A stretch of 64,000 bases of DNA from Gemmatimonadota bacterium (lineage in GTDB: Bacteria; Gemmatimonadota; Gemmatimonadetes; Gemmatimonadales; GWC2-71-9): assembly GCA_036679645.1 (NCBI GenBank), contig JAZDCY010000033.1:1-64000 (forward strand). Direction: 5' to 3'. Position 1 is the stretch's first letter; every line of letters starts with the position of its first letter. Shown here piece by piece: positions 1 through 11,179 of the stretch. The notes beneath the pieces are model-generated. The model was not told the DNA's origin. It searched no databases and saw nothing but the letters and a program-made list of their open reading frames with translations. The translations under genes were made by a program, and so were the position numbers.

Positions 1-75
1 CAGGCGGTGCCTCAACAAACGAGCCGCCACCTCGATCCGTTCCGCACCCCGGTACAACATGTATCGAATACTCAT
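1..75 (-). CDS. Hypothetical protein, 5' part (runs off window start)
   Basis: AGGAGG Shine-Dalgarno before ATG at 75; open frame MSIRYMLYRGAERIEVAARLLRHRL to the window edge. Confidence 0.45.
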   Translation of the reverse strand, partial: MSIRYMLYRGAERIEVAARLLRHRL

Positions 76-248
76 GGGACCTCCTGTCATTTCCCGAGTA
101 TCGGCATCGCACTTTGGGAAGGACCAGCAAGAGGCGTGCAGCGATGCCAAGATCCCGTAAGCTCCTTCATGACAACATGTTATCGGTTGAGAACGAGGAG
201 GCAAGGCGCGTCGGCGGAAAGTGATGCCGGCCGAGTTTTCCGGTGGAC

Positions 249-724
249 CTAGGGATACAGCCGGATCCGGGTCCAGCTCCCCTGCTCCATCGTGTACGCC
301 AGGCGATCGTGCAATCTGTTGATCCGCCCCTGCCAGAACTCGATACGACGCGGTGCGACCCGATACCCCCCCCAGAAACCAGGGGGCGGAACGTCACCGC
401 CGTCGAACCGTCGCTCGATCTCGGCGACGCGCCGTTTCAGTGTCGATCGGTTGTCCAGTGGCTGACTCTGTCTTGCGCCGCCCGCGGATTCTCCGTCAGG
501 TCACGCGCTTTCCGGCTCGTATAGTTCGTGAAGAACACGAATCCGCGGTCGTCCACACCCTTATGGAGCATCATCCGGACAGACGGGACGCCCTCCGACG
601 AGGCGGTCGCAACGGCAACGGATTCGGGGAGATAGAGTCCCGCGCGTTGGGCGGCGGCGAACCACTCCTGAAACAGCACGATGGGGTCGGCGGGAGCCGT
701 GTCTTCGGAGAGACCTCCCACCAC
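249..724 (-). pseudogene. pdxH: Pyridoxamine 5'-phosphate oxidase, with internal deletion and frameshift near 470
   Basis: N-half DPIVLFQEWF..PSVRMMLHKGVDDRGFVFFTNYTSRKARDLTENP; C-half in another frame FWGGYRVAPRRIEFWQGRINRLHDR..LYP*; the central RQVRIEG..YF.SRP segment is absent; true start may be slightly upstream. Confidence 0.85.
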
Positions 725-759
725 CCCTTTGGTTAGGGTGAAGAGAGCTCGCAGGCGCT

Positions 760-1152
760 TCAGAGTTCGTCCTCTTCGATGTCGTCCGGATCGATCGCCT
801 CATGCCACCACGAGGTGCGTGGATCGACCTGGAGAATGCGTACCGCCACGTGCGGATTGATCAACGCGGCGGGTACGACCCACAACCGGGCGTCCCAGAA
901 GACCCCATCCAGCTCGAACGCCTGCAGGGCCTCCTCGTCCAGACTGATCTTGACCTCGAGCACGGCGTCTCCGTCGGGTCCTTCTTGCTCAGAAAGCGGG
1001 CGGTCGGAGAGCCACACACCGAGCATCTTTTTGGGCTGGGCGGTGCGATCTTCGCGGATTTCGAAGCCCCACTTCTCGTCCTCGAATCCCTTCCGGACGA
1101 TCTGCCGCGCCTCCGCGATCGATGTGCGATGAAACCGAACGAACTCACTCAT
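760..1152 (-). CDS. Hypothetical protein
   Basis: 130-aa ORF with normal composition, co-oriented between tricorn protease and pdxH. Confidence 0.7.
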   Translation of the reverse strand: MSEFVRFHRTSIAEARQIVRKGFEDEKWGFEIREDRTAQPKKMLGVWLSDRPLSEQEGPDGDAVLEVKISLDEEALQAFELDGVFWDARLWVVPAALINPHVAVRILQVDPRTSWWHEAIDPDDIEEDEL

Positions 1153-1193
1153 GAGCGGCTAAAGATAGACGTGGGACAACCACCGCGCCCCCG

Positions 1194-4100
1194 TTACCTG
1201 GACCCACCACTAGCCCGGTCCCGCGGTGGCCGCCGCCATTTCGTCGGAGCCGCGGGCTCGGGCTTCAGTACAACAGATTCCGTCTCGAGCAGTCGCAACG
1301 CCTCGGCGACCGCGCGCTCGAGTTGCGAGTCCCGGCCGGCAGCGGCGTCCCTTGGTGTGTTGCGGACTTCGATGTCGGGCGCGACGCCGACTCCCTCGAC
1401 CGCCCACTCGCCGGCGAGATCGAAGAACCCCCCGCGTGGCGCGATCATGCGACCGCCATCAACGAAGAGCGGCGTGTCCCACGTGCCCACGAGCCCGCCC
1501 CACGTCCGGGTCCCTACCAGGGGCCCGATCTCCATCTGGCGAAAGAGATACGGCAGCAAGTCACCACCCGATCCGGCGCGCTCGTTCACGATCATCACTT
1601 TGGGACCCCAGAGACCAGCCATTGGGGTCGTGAACGGGCGGTGATCGCCAATGGCGCTGTTGAAGTACCCGTGTAGCTTGCGCGCGAGTACGTCAACGAT
1701 GTAGTCGGCGGCGGACCCGCCACCGTTGTTCCGCTCGTCGATCACCGCGCCCTGTTTATCCTGCTGCGCAAAGAAATACCTGTTGAAGTAGGTGTACCCA
1801 CCCTGACCCGTATTGGGGAGCCATACGTAGGCGAGTCGTCCGCCCGACATCTCGTCTACCTTGCGGCGATTGTTCTCGACCCACGCACGCGTTCGCAACT
1901 GGGACTCGCTGCGTACGGGAACGACGGTCACCTGCCGTGAACCGTCGAGCGACGGGCGGTTACTAACACGGATAGTGGTCTGACGCCCCGCCGTACCCTC
2001 GAACAGGCTGTAGAGGTTGGTTGGCGCGCGCAGCTCGACACCATTCACCGCGACAAGGTAATCGCCCTCATGTACGTCGATCCCCGGACCGGACAGCGGC
2101 GACTCGAGACCGGGGTTCCAGTTCTCGCCCGTGTAGATGTGCGCGATGCGGTAATGTCCGTCGGCCTCCTCGAGGTCCGCACCCAGCAAGCCGCCTGGTA
2201 TGAAATCGAGGTCGGGGAAATCGCCACCGCGCGTGAAGGAGTGACCGATCGACACCTCACCGCCGACCATGTCGACGATGTAATTGAGATCCGAGCGGTG
2301 CCGCACGTGCTCGACCCAAGGCGCGTACCACTCGTAGATATCGTCCCACGGTGCGCCGTGCGTGTTGTCTACGTAGAGGAAATCGCGCTGGTACCTCCAG
2401 CCTTCCCGAAAGATCTGTCTCCACTCAGCCTGCGGATCGATGCGAACACGCACATTCGCGAGATCGAGCCGTCCGTTGTTTCCGCTGGGTGGTTGCTTGT
2501 TGCTATCGACGATCCGCCACGATCCCCCGCTGCGAAAGAGCATCTTCTTGCGATCGTGTGACAGCGCCAGATCTGCACCCACGCCACGGGCGCCGGCCCC
2601 GGCTACCCCTTCGACGAACTCGACCGCCTCTCGATCCTCGAGCGAGTACCTATGCAACGTCACGCCCTGTTGGTTCGCCACCTGTTCCGCATAGAACACC
2701 TGCCCCTCGACGCCGGCGAGCAGGAAGACGTAGTTGCGTAGGGGAACGTCGAGCGAGAGGATGCGCTGATCGAGCCCGCCAAAATCGATGCGTACCGGTT
2801 GAGCGTCCGCCGACCCGTTTTCCCGGTCGCTGGTTGTGTCTGCCGAGTCCGATTCGTCTTCTTCGTCATCCGACCGGGGAGCGAGCGGCGAGGGCGCATC
2901 TGCCGAGAGCACCGCGAGATAGACGCCGCGCGTGACCGGCTGGTTGTAGGAACTCATGTCGAGCCAGCCGGTGTTGAGCCCGTAGTTGGTGCTCGCGAGA
3001 AAGTAGAGGTACTTCCCGCTTGCGTCCCACGCCGGCGATATCGCATCGGACATCCCATCGGTCATCTGGTGTGTCTCACCGCGGTCGACATCGTACACGA
3101 AGATGGCGCGGAGCTGGTTGTCGAGCCGCCGGGCAAACGCAATCCATTTGGAGTCCGGGGACCACACGGGGTTCATGCTCCGCTGCGGATGGGCGTAGCG
3201 TTCAGTTGCGACCTTGGTGATATCGTCCGACTCGAGATCGACGAACCACATGTTCATGTCGGTGTCGGTAAAGGCGATATGCGTGCCGTCGGGTGACCAC
3301 GAGGGCTGGAAGAAGAACGTCGGGTTTGGAATGGCAATCGTACGCGGCGGCTGGAGGGCCGCCTGGTCACTAATCACGAGTTGGTATTCACCACCCGCAT
3401 CGGAAAACCATGCTACCTGCTGGCCGTCCGGTGACCAAACCGGAAAGCGATCCGCCGCCCCTGAACTCCGCGAGAGATTGCGCCAGTCTCCGTGTTCGGC
3501 CGGTACGGTGAGGATCTCGCCACGAAACTCGAAGAGCGCGCGCTTCCCGGTAGGCGACAACCCGGCGTTCTGCAGCGCCGTACCGCTAGCCTCTACCCAC
3601 CGCGGACGCGCCCAGTTCAGGTCACCGCGCGCGTTGATCTCGAGCTGGCGTGTATCATCGGTGCGCGGATCCAGCAGGTGCAGGTAGCCCGCTTGTTCGT
3701 ACACGATCACCCCGCCACCAGCACCGACGTTTTTCACATCAAAATCTGCGTGGAACGTGCGTTGCTGCAGTTCGTCGGTCCGCGGGTCGTACGACCAGAC
3801 GTTGCTGGCCCAATCCCGCTCCGACAGGAAATAGACGACGCCGTCCAGCCACACTGGACTCAGATGTCGTTCACCCTCCCACGGCGTCGTCTCGAGTTCC
3901 AGGTCGTCGAGACTGACGATCGAGATGGGCTGCGCCTGGCCACCGCGGTAGTTGCGCCATTCCACATCCCAGAGCCCGACCTCCTGGTAGGCCAGGTATT
4001 GGCCGTCCGCCGACATCTCCCCTTGGCGTGCACGGTGGACGGGAAGGGCGGTAGGCATACCACCCGACAGCGGCACGACCCAGAACTTGGAGCTGGCGGT

Positions 4101-4493
4101 GGGATACGCCGTCCGGCTCGACCGGAACAGCACGGACGTACCATTTGGCGTCCAGCCCTGCGCGACATCCGCACCGGGATGATACGTCAGGCGCCGAGGC
4201 GCGCCTCCAATGACGGGGACCACGTAGATATCGGTGTTGCCGTCATATTGGCCCGTGAACGCGAGCATCGAGCCGTCGGGCGAAAGCTTCGGGCCAGTCT
4301 CCGCGCCCTCGGCGCTCGTTAGCCGGCGGGCGTTCCCACCATCGCGATCGACGATCCATAGATCGTTGGCATGGACGAAGGCGATGTCTCGCTCGCTCAC
4401 GTCCGGCTGGCGCAGTAGACGAGTCCCCTGAGCCGTGGCGGATGACGAAATGAGGGCTGACGCAATCGCGAACAAGACGGTCGTGCGGATCAT
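1194..4493 (-). CDS. Tricorn-like S41 protease (beta-propellers, PDZ, peptidase S41)
   Basis: Signal peptide; repeated P.WSPDG motifs; IDERNNGGG, AGSGGDLLPYLFR, GTRTWGGLVG. Confidence 0.93.
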   Translation of the reverse strand: MIRTTVLFAIASALISSSATAQGTRLLRQPDVSERDIAFVHANDLWIVDRDGGNARRLTSAEGAETGPKLSPDGSMLAFTGQYDGNTDIYVVPVIGGAPRRLTYHPGADVAQGWTPNGTSVLFRSSRTAYPTASSKFWVVPLSGGMPTALPVHRARQGEMSADGQYLAYQEVGLWDVEWRNYRGGQAQPISIVSLDDLELETTPWEGERHLSPVWLDGVVYFLSERDWASNVWSYDPRTDELQQRTFHADFDVKNVGAGGGVIVYEQAGYLHLLDPRTDDTRQLEINARGDLNWARPRWVEASGTALQNAGLSPTGKRALFEFRGEILTVPAEHGDWRNLSRSSGAADRFPVWSPDGQQVAWFSDAGGEYQLVISDQAALQPPRTIAIPNPTFFFQPSWSPDGTHIAFTDTDMNMWFVDLESDDITKVATERYAHPQRSMNPVWSPDSKWIAFARRLDNQLRAIFVYDVDRGETHQMTDGMSDAISPAWDASGKYLYFLASTNYGLNTGWLDMSSYNQPVTRGVYLAVLSADAPSPLAPRSDDEEDESDSADTTSDRENGSADAQPVRIDFGGLDQRILSLDVPLRNYVFLLAGVEGQVFYAEQVANQQGVTLHRYSLEDREAVEFVEGVAGAGARGVGADLALSHDRKKMLFRSGGSWRIVDSNKQPPSGNNGRLDLANVRVRIDPQAEWRQIFREGWRYQRDFLYVDNTHGAPWDDIYEWYAPWVEHVRHRSDLNYIVDMVGGEVSIGHSFTRGGDFPDLDFIPGGLLGADLEEADGHYRIAHIYTGENWNPGLESPLSGPGIDVHEGDYLVAVNGVELRAPTNLYSLFEGTAGRQTTIRVSNRPSLDGSRQVTVVPVRSESQLRTRAWVENNRRKVDEMSGGRLAYVWLPNTGQGGYTYFNRYFFAQQDKQGAVIDERNNGGGSAADYIVDVLARKLHGYFNSAIGDHRPFTTPMAGLWGPKVMIVNERAGSGGDLLPYLFRQMEIGPLVGTRTWGGLVGTWDTPLFVDGGRMIAPRGGFFDLAGEWAVEGVGVAPDIEVRNTPRDAAAGRDSQLERAVAEALRLLETESVVLKPEPAAPTKWRRPPRDRASGGSR

Positions 4494-4647
4494 GGCATCA
4501 CACCGGGTTACGGATGACAAAGCTGGCACCAGTACGAACGTACGCCTGCGGTAGGGGGCTGGCTAGCTGCGCCAGCCTTCCGCACGGCTCGCTCGACCGA
4601 CAACTTTACCGGGACCGGTCACAGCCCCTACGCCTTTCGAGGACGCG

Positions 4648-6429
4648 ATGCAACCGAACGCCACCTTCCGTTTCCGTGCCGCCATTGTGTTGAGCGCGAT
4701 GCTCGTCCCCGCACTGATGCCCGCTCAGGGCGTGGACAGCATCCACGAAACGCTGCACGCGATCTTCCGGGACGCCTGGGAGTTCAATCTTCGCGAGAAC
4801 CCGCTTCTTGCCACTTCGGTAGGAGAGAACGCGTACAACGACCGCTTGCCTTCCAACACACGTGACGACCTGGAGCGACGCGCCGAGTTCCGCCGGACAC
4901 TGCTCGAGCGACTCTCCGCGATTGACAGGGCCGCCCTAGAAGAGGCGGACCGCGTCAGCTACGACATGTTCGAGCGGGACGTCCGCGATTGGCTGACCGA
5001 GTTTGCCTTCGGAGCATATGAGATGCCGGTCACCTCTGAGACCGGATTCCATACAGGGCTCGCGTCATTGCCACGCACGATGCCTTTTCGCAACATTCGC
5101 GACTACGAGAACTACATCGCTCGGCTCCGCGCGATGCCGGCGTACTTTGCGCAACAGATCGAGCACATGCGTGCGGGTCTCGCCCGGGGGTTCAGTCAAC
5201 CCGCGGTCGTCCTTGCAGGATTGATCCCCTCGATCGAGGCACACGTCGTGGGCGATCCCGCCGAGAGCGTCTTCCTCGCGCCGTTCGAGCGGTTCCCTCA
5301 GTCGGTCATCGAGGACGAACACAGCCGCCTCCGCGCGGAGGGACGCGCGGCTATCATGGAAGCCGTCGTTCCCGCCTATCGTGCCTTTCTTACGTTCATG
5401 CGCGACGAGTACATCCTGGGGACACGTGAGACACTCGGCGCGTCCGAGCTACCGGATGGCCGCGCGTACTACCAGTACCTCGTTCGCCATTTCACGACCG
5501 TCGACATCACGCCGGAGGAGGTGTACGAGATCGGCCTCCGTGAGGTCTCACGGATTCGGGCTCAGATGGAGGCGATCATCGCGGACGTCGAATTCGGCGG
5601 CAGCTTTGCCGATTTCCTCGAGTTTCTTCGCACCGATCCGCAGTTTTACGCGGAGACCCCGGAGGACCTGCTGAAGGAGGCGTCGTACATCGCGAAGCGG
5701 ATGGATGCCATGCTTCCGTCGTTGTTTGGGCGGCTCCCGCGACAACCTTACGGTGTGGCACCAGTGCCCGCCCATCTGGCCCCGAACTACACCGGCGGCC
5801 GGTATGTAGGTTCACCACCCAGCAGTTCGCGGCCCGGATACTACTGGGTGAACACTTACGGGCTCGAAAGCCGGCCGCTCTACACGCTGCCCGCGCTCAC
5901 GCTGCACGAGGCGGTTCCCGGACATCACCTCCAGGGCGCCTTGTCGGACGAACTCGAGGGGCTGCCGAACTTCCGCCGCTACGGCTACATCAACGCGTTT
6001 GGTGAGGGATGGGGTCTGTACTCGGAGTGGCTCGGCATTGAGGCGGGGATCTATTTGACGCCGTACGAGAACTTCGGCAGGCTCACCTATGAAATGTGGC
6101 GCGCCTGTCGGCTGGTCGTGGACACCGGCATACATGCCATGGGTTGGACACGCCAACAGGTGCTCGACTACCTCGCGTCGAACACGGCTCTCTCCTTGCA
6201 CGAGGTCCAGACGGAAACCGACCGATACATCTCGTGGCCGGGCCAGGCTCTGGCCTACAAGATGGGCGAGCTCAAGATCCGCGAGCTGCGCGACGAGGCC
6301 GAAGAGCGGCTCGGCACGCGCTTTGACGTTCGGGCATTTCACGACGTCGTGTTGTCAAACGGTTCTGTTCCGCTATCCGTCCTCGAGGATCAGGTTCGCG
6401 CGTACATCGCACACCAGCTCGATAACTGA
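4648..6429 (+). CDS. DUF885 family protein (putative metallopeptidase)
   Basis: LHEAVPGHHLQ, EGWGLYSE, RACRLVVDTGIH, RYISWPGQALAYKMG. Confidence 0.92.
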   Translation: MQPNATFRFRAAIVLSAMLVPALMPAQGVDSIHETLHAIFRDAWEFNLRENPLLATSVGENAYNDRLPSNTRDDLERRAEFRRTLLERLSAIDRAALEEADRVSYDMFERDVRDWLTEFAFGAYEMPVTSETGFHTGLASLPRTMPFRNIRDYENYIARLRAMPAYFAQQIEHMRAGLARGFSQPAVVLAGLIPSIEAHVVGDPAESVFLAPFERFPQSVIEDEHSRLRAEGRAAIMEAVVPAYRAFLTFMRDEYILGTRETLGASELPDGRAYYQYLVRHFTTVDITPEEVYEIGLREVSRIRAQMEAIIADVEFGGSFADFLEFLRTDPQFYAETPEDLLKEASYIAKRMDAMLPSLFGRLPRQPYGVAPVPAHLAPNYTGGRYVGSPPSSSRPGYYWVNTYGLESRPLYTLPALTLHEAVPGHHLQGALSDELEGLPNFRRYGYINAFGEGWGLYSEWLGIEAGIYLTPYENFGRLTYEMWRACRLVVDTGIHAMGWTRQQVLDYLASNTALSLHEVQTETDRYISWPGQALAYKMGELKIRELRDEAEERLGTRFDVRAFHDVVLSNGSVPLSVLEDQVRAYIAHQLDN

Positions 6430-6505
6430 ATCTTCACCCACTCAAATCCGCGTTCACAGGAAATCATCCGCGGCAGGAATCATCCGCGGCAGAGAGGACC
6501 CAACA

Positions 6506-6787
6506 ATGGCCGGCTCCAACCATACCCATGCGTATTGGAAGCTCAACCTGACCTACGTGGGCGCGCTGCTCGCGGTGTGGTTCATCGTGTCTTACGGGTT
6601 CGGCATTCTCCTGGTCGAGCAGCTCAACACCATACGTATTGGCGGTTTTCAGCTCGGTTTCTGGTTTGCGCAACAGGGGTCGATCTATGTCTTCGTCGTC
6701 CTGATCTTCGTCTACGTCTTCCTGATGAACCGGCTGGACCGCGCGTTCGATGTGTACGAGAACGACGACGAGGGTGACGCTCAATGA
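6506..6787 (+). CDS. DUF4212 small membrane subunit of sodium:solute symporter
   Basis: YWKLNL..LGFWFAQQGSIYVFVVLIFVY; overlaps start of the symporter. Confidence 0.88.
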   Translation: MAGSNHTHAYWKLNLTYVGALLAVWFIVSYGFGILLVEQLNTIRIGGFQLGFWFAQQGSIYVFVVLIFVYVFLMNRLDRAFDVYENDDEGDAQ

Positions 6788-8429
6788 ACGTTGGCGCGTG
6801 GACGTTCGTCATGGTCGCGGTATCGTTCGCGCTCTACATCGGTGTCGCGATCTGGTCGCGAGCGCGATCGACGGGAGAGTTCTACGTCGCCGGTGCGCGT
6901 GTGCCGCCCGTGCTCAACGGCATGGCGACCGCCGCCGACTGGATGAGCGCCGCGTCTTTCATCTCGATGGCCGGGCTCATTGCCTTCATGGGTCGGGACG
7001 GCTCCGTCTACCTCATGGGATGGACCGGCGGGTACGTACTGCTGGCACTGCTGCTGGCGCCTTACTTGCGGAAGTTCGGGAAATACACCGTCCCCGATTT
7101 CGTAGGCGACCGCTACTACTCACAGACTGCGCGGATCGTCGCGGTCGTGTGCGCGCTTTTCATATCGTTCACTTACGTCGCCGGTCAGATGCGCGGCGTC
7201 GGTATCGTGTTCTCGCGGTTCCTGGGCGTCGACATCAATCTCGGTGTCATGATCGGGATGGGGATCGTGTTCTTCTACGCGGTACTCGGCGGGATGAAGG
7301 GCATCACCTACACGCAGGTGGTGCAGTATTGTGTGCTCATCTTCGCGTATCTCGTTCCCGCAATCTTCATCTCGCTCCTCGTCACGGGTATTGCCATTCC
7401 GCAACTCGGGTTCGGCGCAACGGTCGCGGACGGCGGTGGTTTCCTGCTCGACCGCCTGGACGGTCTCACCGAGCAGCTCGGCTTTGGCGCCTACACGGAC
7501 GGGAGAAAGGGGACGCTGGACGTCTTTTTCATCACGGCGGCCCTCATGGTGGGCACCGCAGGACTGCCGCACGTCATCGTGCGATTCTACACGGTTCCCA
7601 AGGTGCGGCACGCTCGCAGCTCTGCCGGGTGGGCGCTGCTCTTCATTGCCCTGCTGTACACGACGGCGCCGGCAGTCGCGGCGTTTGCGCGTACCAACCT
7701 GCTCAACACCGTCTCGGAGACTCCGTACGAAGATGTTCCCGCGTGGTTCACCAACTGGGAGGCGACGGGGCTCATCAGCTTCGACGACAAGAACGGCGAT
7801 GGCGTCATTCAGTACACCGGCCCCGCATCTGACACACCCAACGAGCTTTTCATCGACCGCGACATCATCGTGCTTGCCAACCCCGAGATCGCGCGGCTGC
7901 CCGCGTGGGTGGTGGGGCTCGTCGCGGCGGGTGGGCTTGCGGCCGCGCTCTCGACCGCAGCCGGCCTCCTGCTCGTCATCTCGACATCCGTCGCGCACGA
8001 CCTGCTCAAGAAATCCATCAAGCCTACAATCACCGAAAAGGGTGAGCTGCTTACGGCGCGCATTGCGGCCGGGGTGGCGGTGTTGAGTTTGGTCTTGCGG
8101 CGGCGTCGTTCTTCCCCGCCATCATACTCGGGATCTTCACCAAACGCATGAACAAGTATGGCGCGGTGAGCGGTATGATCACCGGGATCGGTTTCACCGC
8201 ATCGTATATCGTCTACTTCAAGCTCATGCACCCCGAACTGAACACAGCCGGGCACTGGTGGTTCGGCGTGTCACCCGAAGGAATCGGCACACTCGGGATG
8301 CTGATCAACGTGGCGGTCGCGCTGACGGTCGCGTACTTCACGCCGCCCCCACCTGCACACATTCAGCGATTGGTCGAGGAGATTCGTGTTCCGCGGGGAG
8401 CCGGACCAGCGCACGAAGTGTCGGCCTAG
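6784..8429 (+). pseudogene. Sodium:solute symporter (ActP-like), split by deletion/frameshift near 8085
   Basis: NGMATAADWMSAASFISMAG, GTAGLPHVIVRFYTVP; after ..AGVAVL the reading continues in another frame as FGLAAASFFPAIILGIFTKRMNKYGA. Confidence 0.85.
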
Positions 8430-8459
8430 AGCTCGCCCGTTCGCGCTGCGGCACCGCAC

Positions 8460-8813
8460 ATGCTGGAAATCAATTGGGTGCCCCTCGTCGGGGCGCTTGT
8501 CGTCAAGAAGGACGTTTGGGATCGGATCCCGGACACCGTGCGGGACCAACTGCTCGCGGCGGCTCGCCAAGCCGGCGCCGAAATACATGAGGCCGGCCGG
8601 AACGAGAGCGACGAAGCGGTGGAGACAATGAAGACCCGGTGGAACTTGCAGGTGCAACCGGTCGAGCCGGGGGGAGAGCTCGAGACCGAGTGGCGGAGCC
8701 GGGCGGAGGCCGCCTACCCGCGCATTCGTGGCAGTATCGTTCCCGCCGAGATCTTCGACGAGGTACAACGCCTATTGCACGAGTACCGAGAAGCGTCAGA
8801 AAGATCTCACTAG
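8460..8813 (+). pseudogene. C-terminal fragment of TRAP transporter substrate-binding protein (DctP)
   Basis: MLEINWVPLVGALVVKKDVWDRIP..IRGSIVPAEIFDEV; only 117 aa, directly upstream of DctQM. Confidence 0.7.
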
Positions 8814-8848
8814 TGTCCGCGGAAGGCACCCCTCCGACGAATCAACCG

Positions 8849-10891
8849 ATGGAGAAGCCTTCCCAAAGTCGCCTCGAGAGCGCTCCCGCGCCCAAGGAGC
8901 CTCTCGAGCGCCAGTCGCAGAGCATCCAAATAGCAGAAGTGTCTATCGAGCCGTCGGAGAAGCTGGCGGGATGGCGGCTGCTGCTGCGGAACGGCGAGAA
9001 CCTGCTGGTCACCCTCGTGCTCTCGGTGATGATGCTCGTCCCGCTAGCGCAGGCCCTCCTTCGCAAGGTGTTCGACACCGGCATCACCGGAGCGAACACG
9101 ATCACGCAGTCCATGGTCCTCATCGTCGGAATGCTCGGCGGCGCCCTGGCCGCGCGCGACGGACGACTGCTGGCTCTCTCCACGCTCAGAATCGTGCTCA
9201 CGGGACGCTGGAGACAGGCGGTGCTGGTCTACAGCAACGCGTTCGCCGTCGCCATTGGAGCGCTGCTGTGTGTGGCAAGCGCGCGGTACGTCATGAGCGC
9301 CGTCCCCCTCGGGAATACCCTGCTGTACGGCATACCCGAATGGGTCTTGCAACTGATCATGCCCTTAGGCTTCGCGGCGATCACGTTGCGTCTCGCCTGG
9401 CGCGCCGCCGACAGTAAGCGCGGCGTGGCTATAGCGGTGCTGCTCGCTGTGGCAGTCGTCCTCATCGGAGTTTTTCCCCCGATCGCGCCCCGAGCTTTGG
9501 TCACGCCGGCCCTGACGTTGCTGATCGTCGCGGCGGCGCTGGGTGCGCCAATCTTCACCGTGCTCGGCGGGGCCGCGTTGATCCTCTTTTGGGGTGCGCG
9601 GAGTCCCATCGCCTCGATCGCACTGGACCATTACAACCTCGTGGTCAACCCGTCCCTCGCGGCTATTCCGCTCTTCACCCTCGCCGGATATTTCCTGGCG
9701 GAAGGAGGAGCCTCGAGGAGGCTAATTGCCGTTTTCCAAGCTCTGGTAGGCGGATTCCGGGGTGGCCCGGCAATCCTCACGGCGTTAGTCTGCGCGTTTT
9801 TTACCAGCTTCACCGGTGCGTCGGGCGTGACGATCCTCGCGCTGGGCGCTCTCTTGATGCCGGTACTACTCGCCGCGAAATACTCGGAACGCAACGCGAT
9901 CGGTCTCTTGACGGGAGCCGGGTCGCTGGGCCTGTTGTTCCCGCCGGCCCTGCCACTGATCCTCTACGCGATCGTGGCGTCCCAGACTCGGGGCGCCGGC
10001 GTGACGCTCGAGCAAATGTTTCTTGGCGGTTTACTCCCCGGAGCGGTGTTGGTGACCCTGACCGCCATCTGGGGCGTGATGCAAGCCCCGGCCAAAGACA
10101 CTGCACGGCCACACTTTGACGCAACGGCGCTCGGCCGCGCCGTTTGGAACGCCAAGTGGGAACTACTCCTTCCGATCGTTGCGCTTGGCGCGCTCTTCGG
10201 GGGGTTCGCGACTCCGGTAGAAGCGGCGGCGATCACCGCCTTCTACGCTTTCATCGTGGAGACGCTGATCTACCGGGACTTGAAACTCGTCACCGACGTA
10301 CCGCGGGTGATGGCGGAGTGCGGCCTCTTGGTGGGCGGAGTGTTGCTCATCCTCGGTGTCGCCATGGGGTTCACCAACTACCTGATCTTCGCACAGATCC
10401 CCGACCGGGCCGTCGAATGGGTGCAGGCGTCGATCGAATCCCGTTGGGTGTTCCTTCTCATGCTCAACGGCTTCCTGCTTCTCGTCGGTTGTCTCATGGA
10501 CATCTTCTCGGCCATCATCGTAGTTGTTCCGCTCATCGTTCCCGTGGGGATTGCGATGGGGATCGACCCGGTACACCTGGGCATCATCTTTCTCGCCAAC
10601 ATGGAACTGGGGTACCTCACGCCCCCGGTGGGCATGAACCTGTTTCTCTCGGCCTATCGCTTCGGCAAGCCGGTCCCTATGGTGATGCGGTCGGTAATCC
10701 CGATGTTCATCGTGCTGCTGCTAGGAGTGCTGCTGATCACGTATATCCCGGGACGTGATCGCACCTCGGCGTGTTCGAGGATCCCGGATCTCCAGGGAAT
10801 CCGCCACTCACCCAGCTCTACTTTGCGAGGACCGATTGAGAGTCCTGGCGAATCCGAGGCGTTGTCTGTCATGAGTCGAGCGAGTGTGTAG
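8849..10891 (+). CDS. Fused TRAP transporter DctQ-DctM permease; aberrant C-terminus after about 10752
   Basis: AIPLFTLAGY, FTSFTGASGVTI, GIDPVHLGIIFLANMELGYLTPPVGMNLF; non-homologous-looking hydrophilic tail after LITYIPG. Confidence 0.88.
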   Translation: MEKPSQSRLESAPAPKEPLERQSQSIQIAEVSIEPSEKLAGWRLLLRNGENLLVTLVLSVMMLVPLAQALLRKVFDTGITGANTITQSMVLIVGMLGGALAARDGRLLALSTLRIVLTGRWRQAVLVYSNAFAVAIGALLCVASARYVMSAVPLGNTLLYGIPEWVLQLIMPLGFAAITLRLAWRAADSKRGVAIAVLLAVAVVLIGVFPPIAPRALVTPALTLLIVAAALGAPIFTVLGGAALILFWGARSPIASIALDHYNLVVNPSLAAIPLFTLAGYFLAEGGASRRLIAVFQALVGGFRGGPAILTALVCAFFTSFTGASGVTILALGALLMPVLLAAKYSERNAIGLLTGAGSLGLLFPPALPLILYAIVASQTRGAGVTLEQMFLGGLLPGAVLVTLTAIWGVMQAPAKDTARPHFDATALGRAVWNAKWELLLPIVALGALFGGFATPVEAAAITAFYAFIVETLIYRDLKLVTDVPRVMAECGLLVGGVLLILGVAMGFTNYLIFAQIPDRAVEWVQASIESRWVFLLMLNGFLLLVGCLMDIFSAIIVVVPLIVPVGIAMGIDPVHLGIIFLANMELGYLTPPVGMNLFLSAYRFGKPVPMVMRSVIPMFIVLLLGVLLITYIPGRDRTSACSRIPDLQGIRHSPSSTLRGPIESPGESEALSVMSRASV

Positions 10892-10918
10892 ATTGGAGGG
10901 CCATGGAGGAGGGTATGG

Positions 10919-11179
10919 ATGGAGCGGCCCGAATGGTGGGAGTGGGATCTCGCCTTCACTGCGCACGTCGAGAGCCGCATGGAGGAACGTGCCCTCTCGG
11001 AAGTGGAGCTGAGAGCGATGCTGGATGCCGCGACGGAACTCCTCCCGTCGTTGAGACGCGGACGGTGGATCGCGCACGCGCGCTACGCCGGGCGAGCTTG
11101 GGCCGTGGTCGTGGAGCCCGACGAAGACGAACAACTAATCTACGTAGTGACCGCCTACAGGCGGGAGATTGAGACATGA
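10919..11179 (+). CDS. DUF4258-like putative toxin (RelE/BrnT-like)
   Basis: FTAHVESRMEER..IYVVTAY; ATGA overlap with next gene. Confidence 0.75.
   Translation: MERPEWWEWDLAFTAHVESRMEERALSEVELRAMLDAATELLPSLRRGRWIAHARYAGRAWAVVVEPDEDEQLIYVVTAYRREIET

Noticed and set aside
802..1644. Long antisense or alternative-frame ORFs (also 39951-41240, 52887-54020 and many others)
   Set aside because: Shadow ORFs typical of high-GC DNA overlapping well-supported genes.
6784..8429. Programmed frameshift in the symporter or pdxH
   Set aside because: Conserved residues are missing at the junctions and no slippery site is evident, so deletion is the better explanation.
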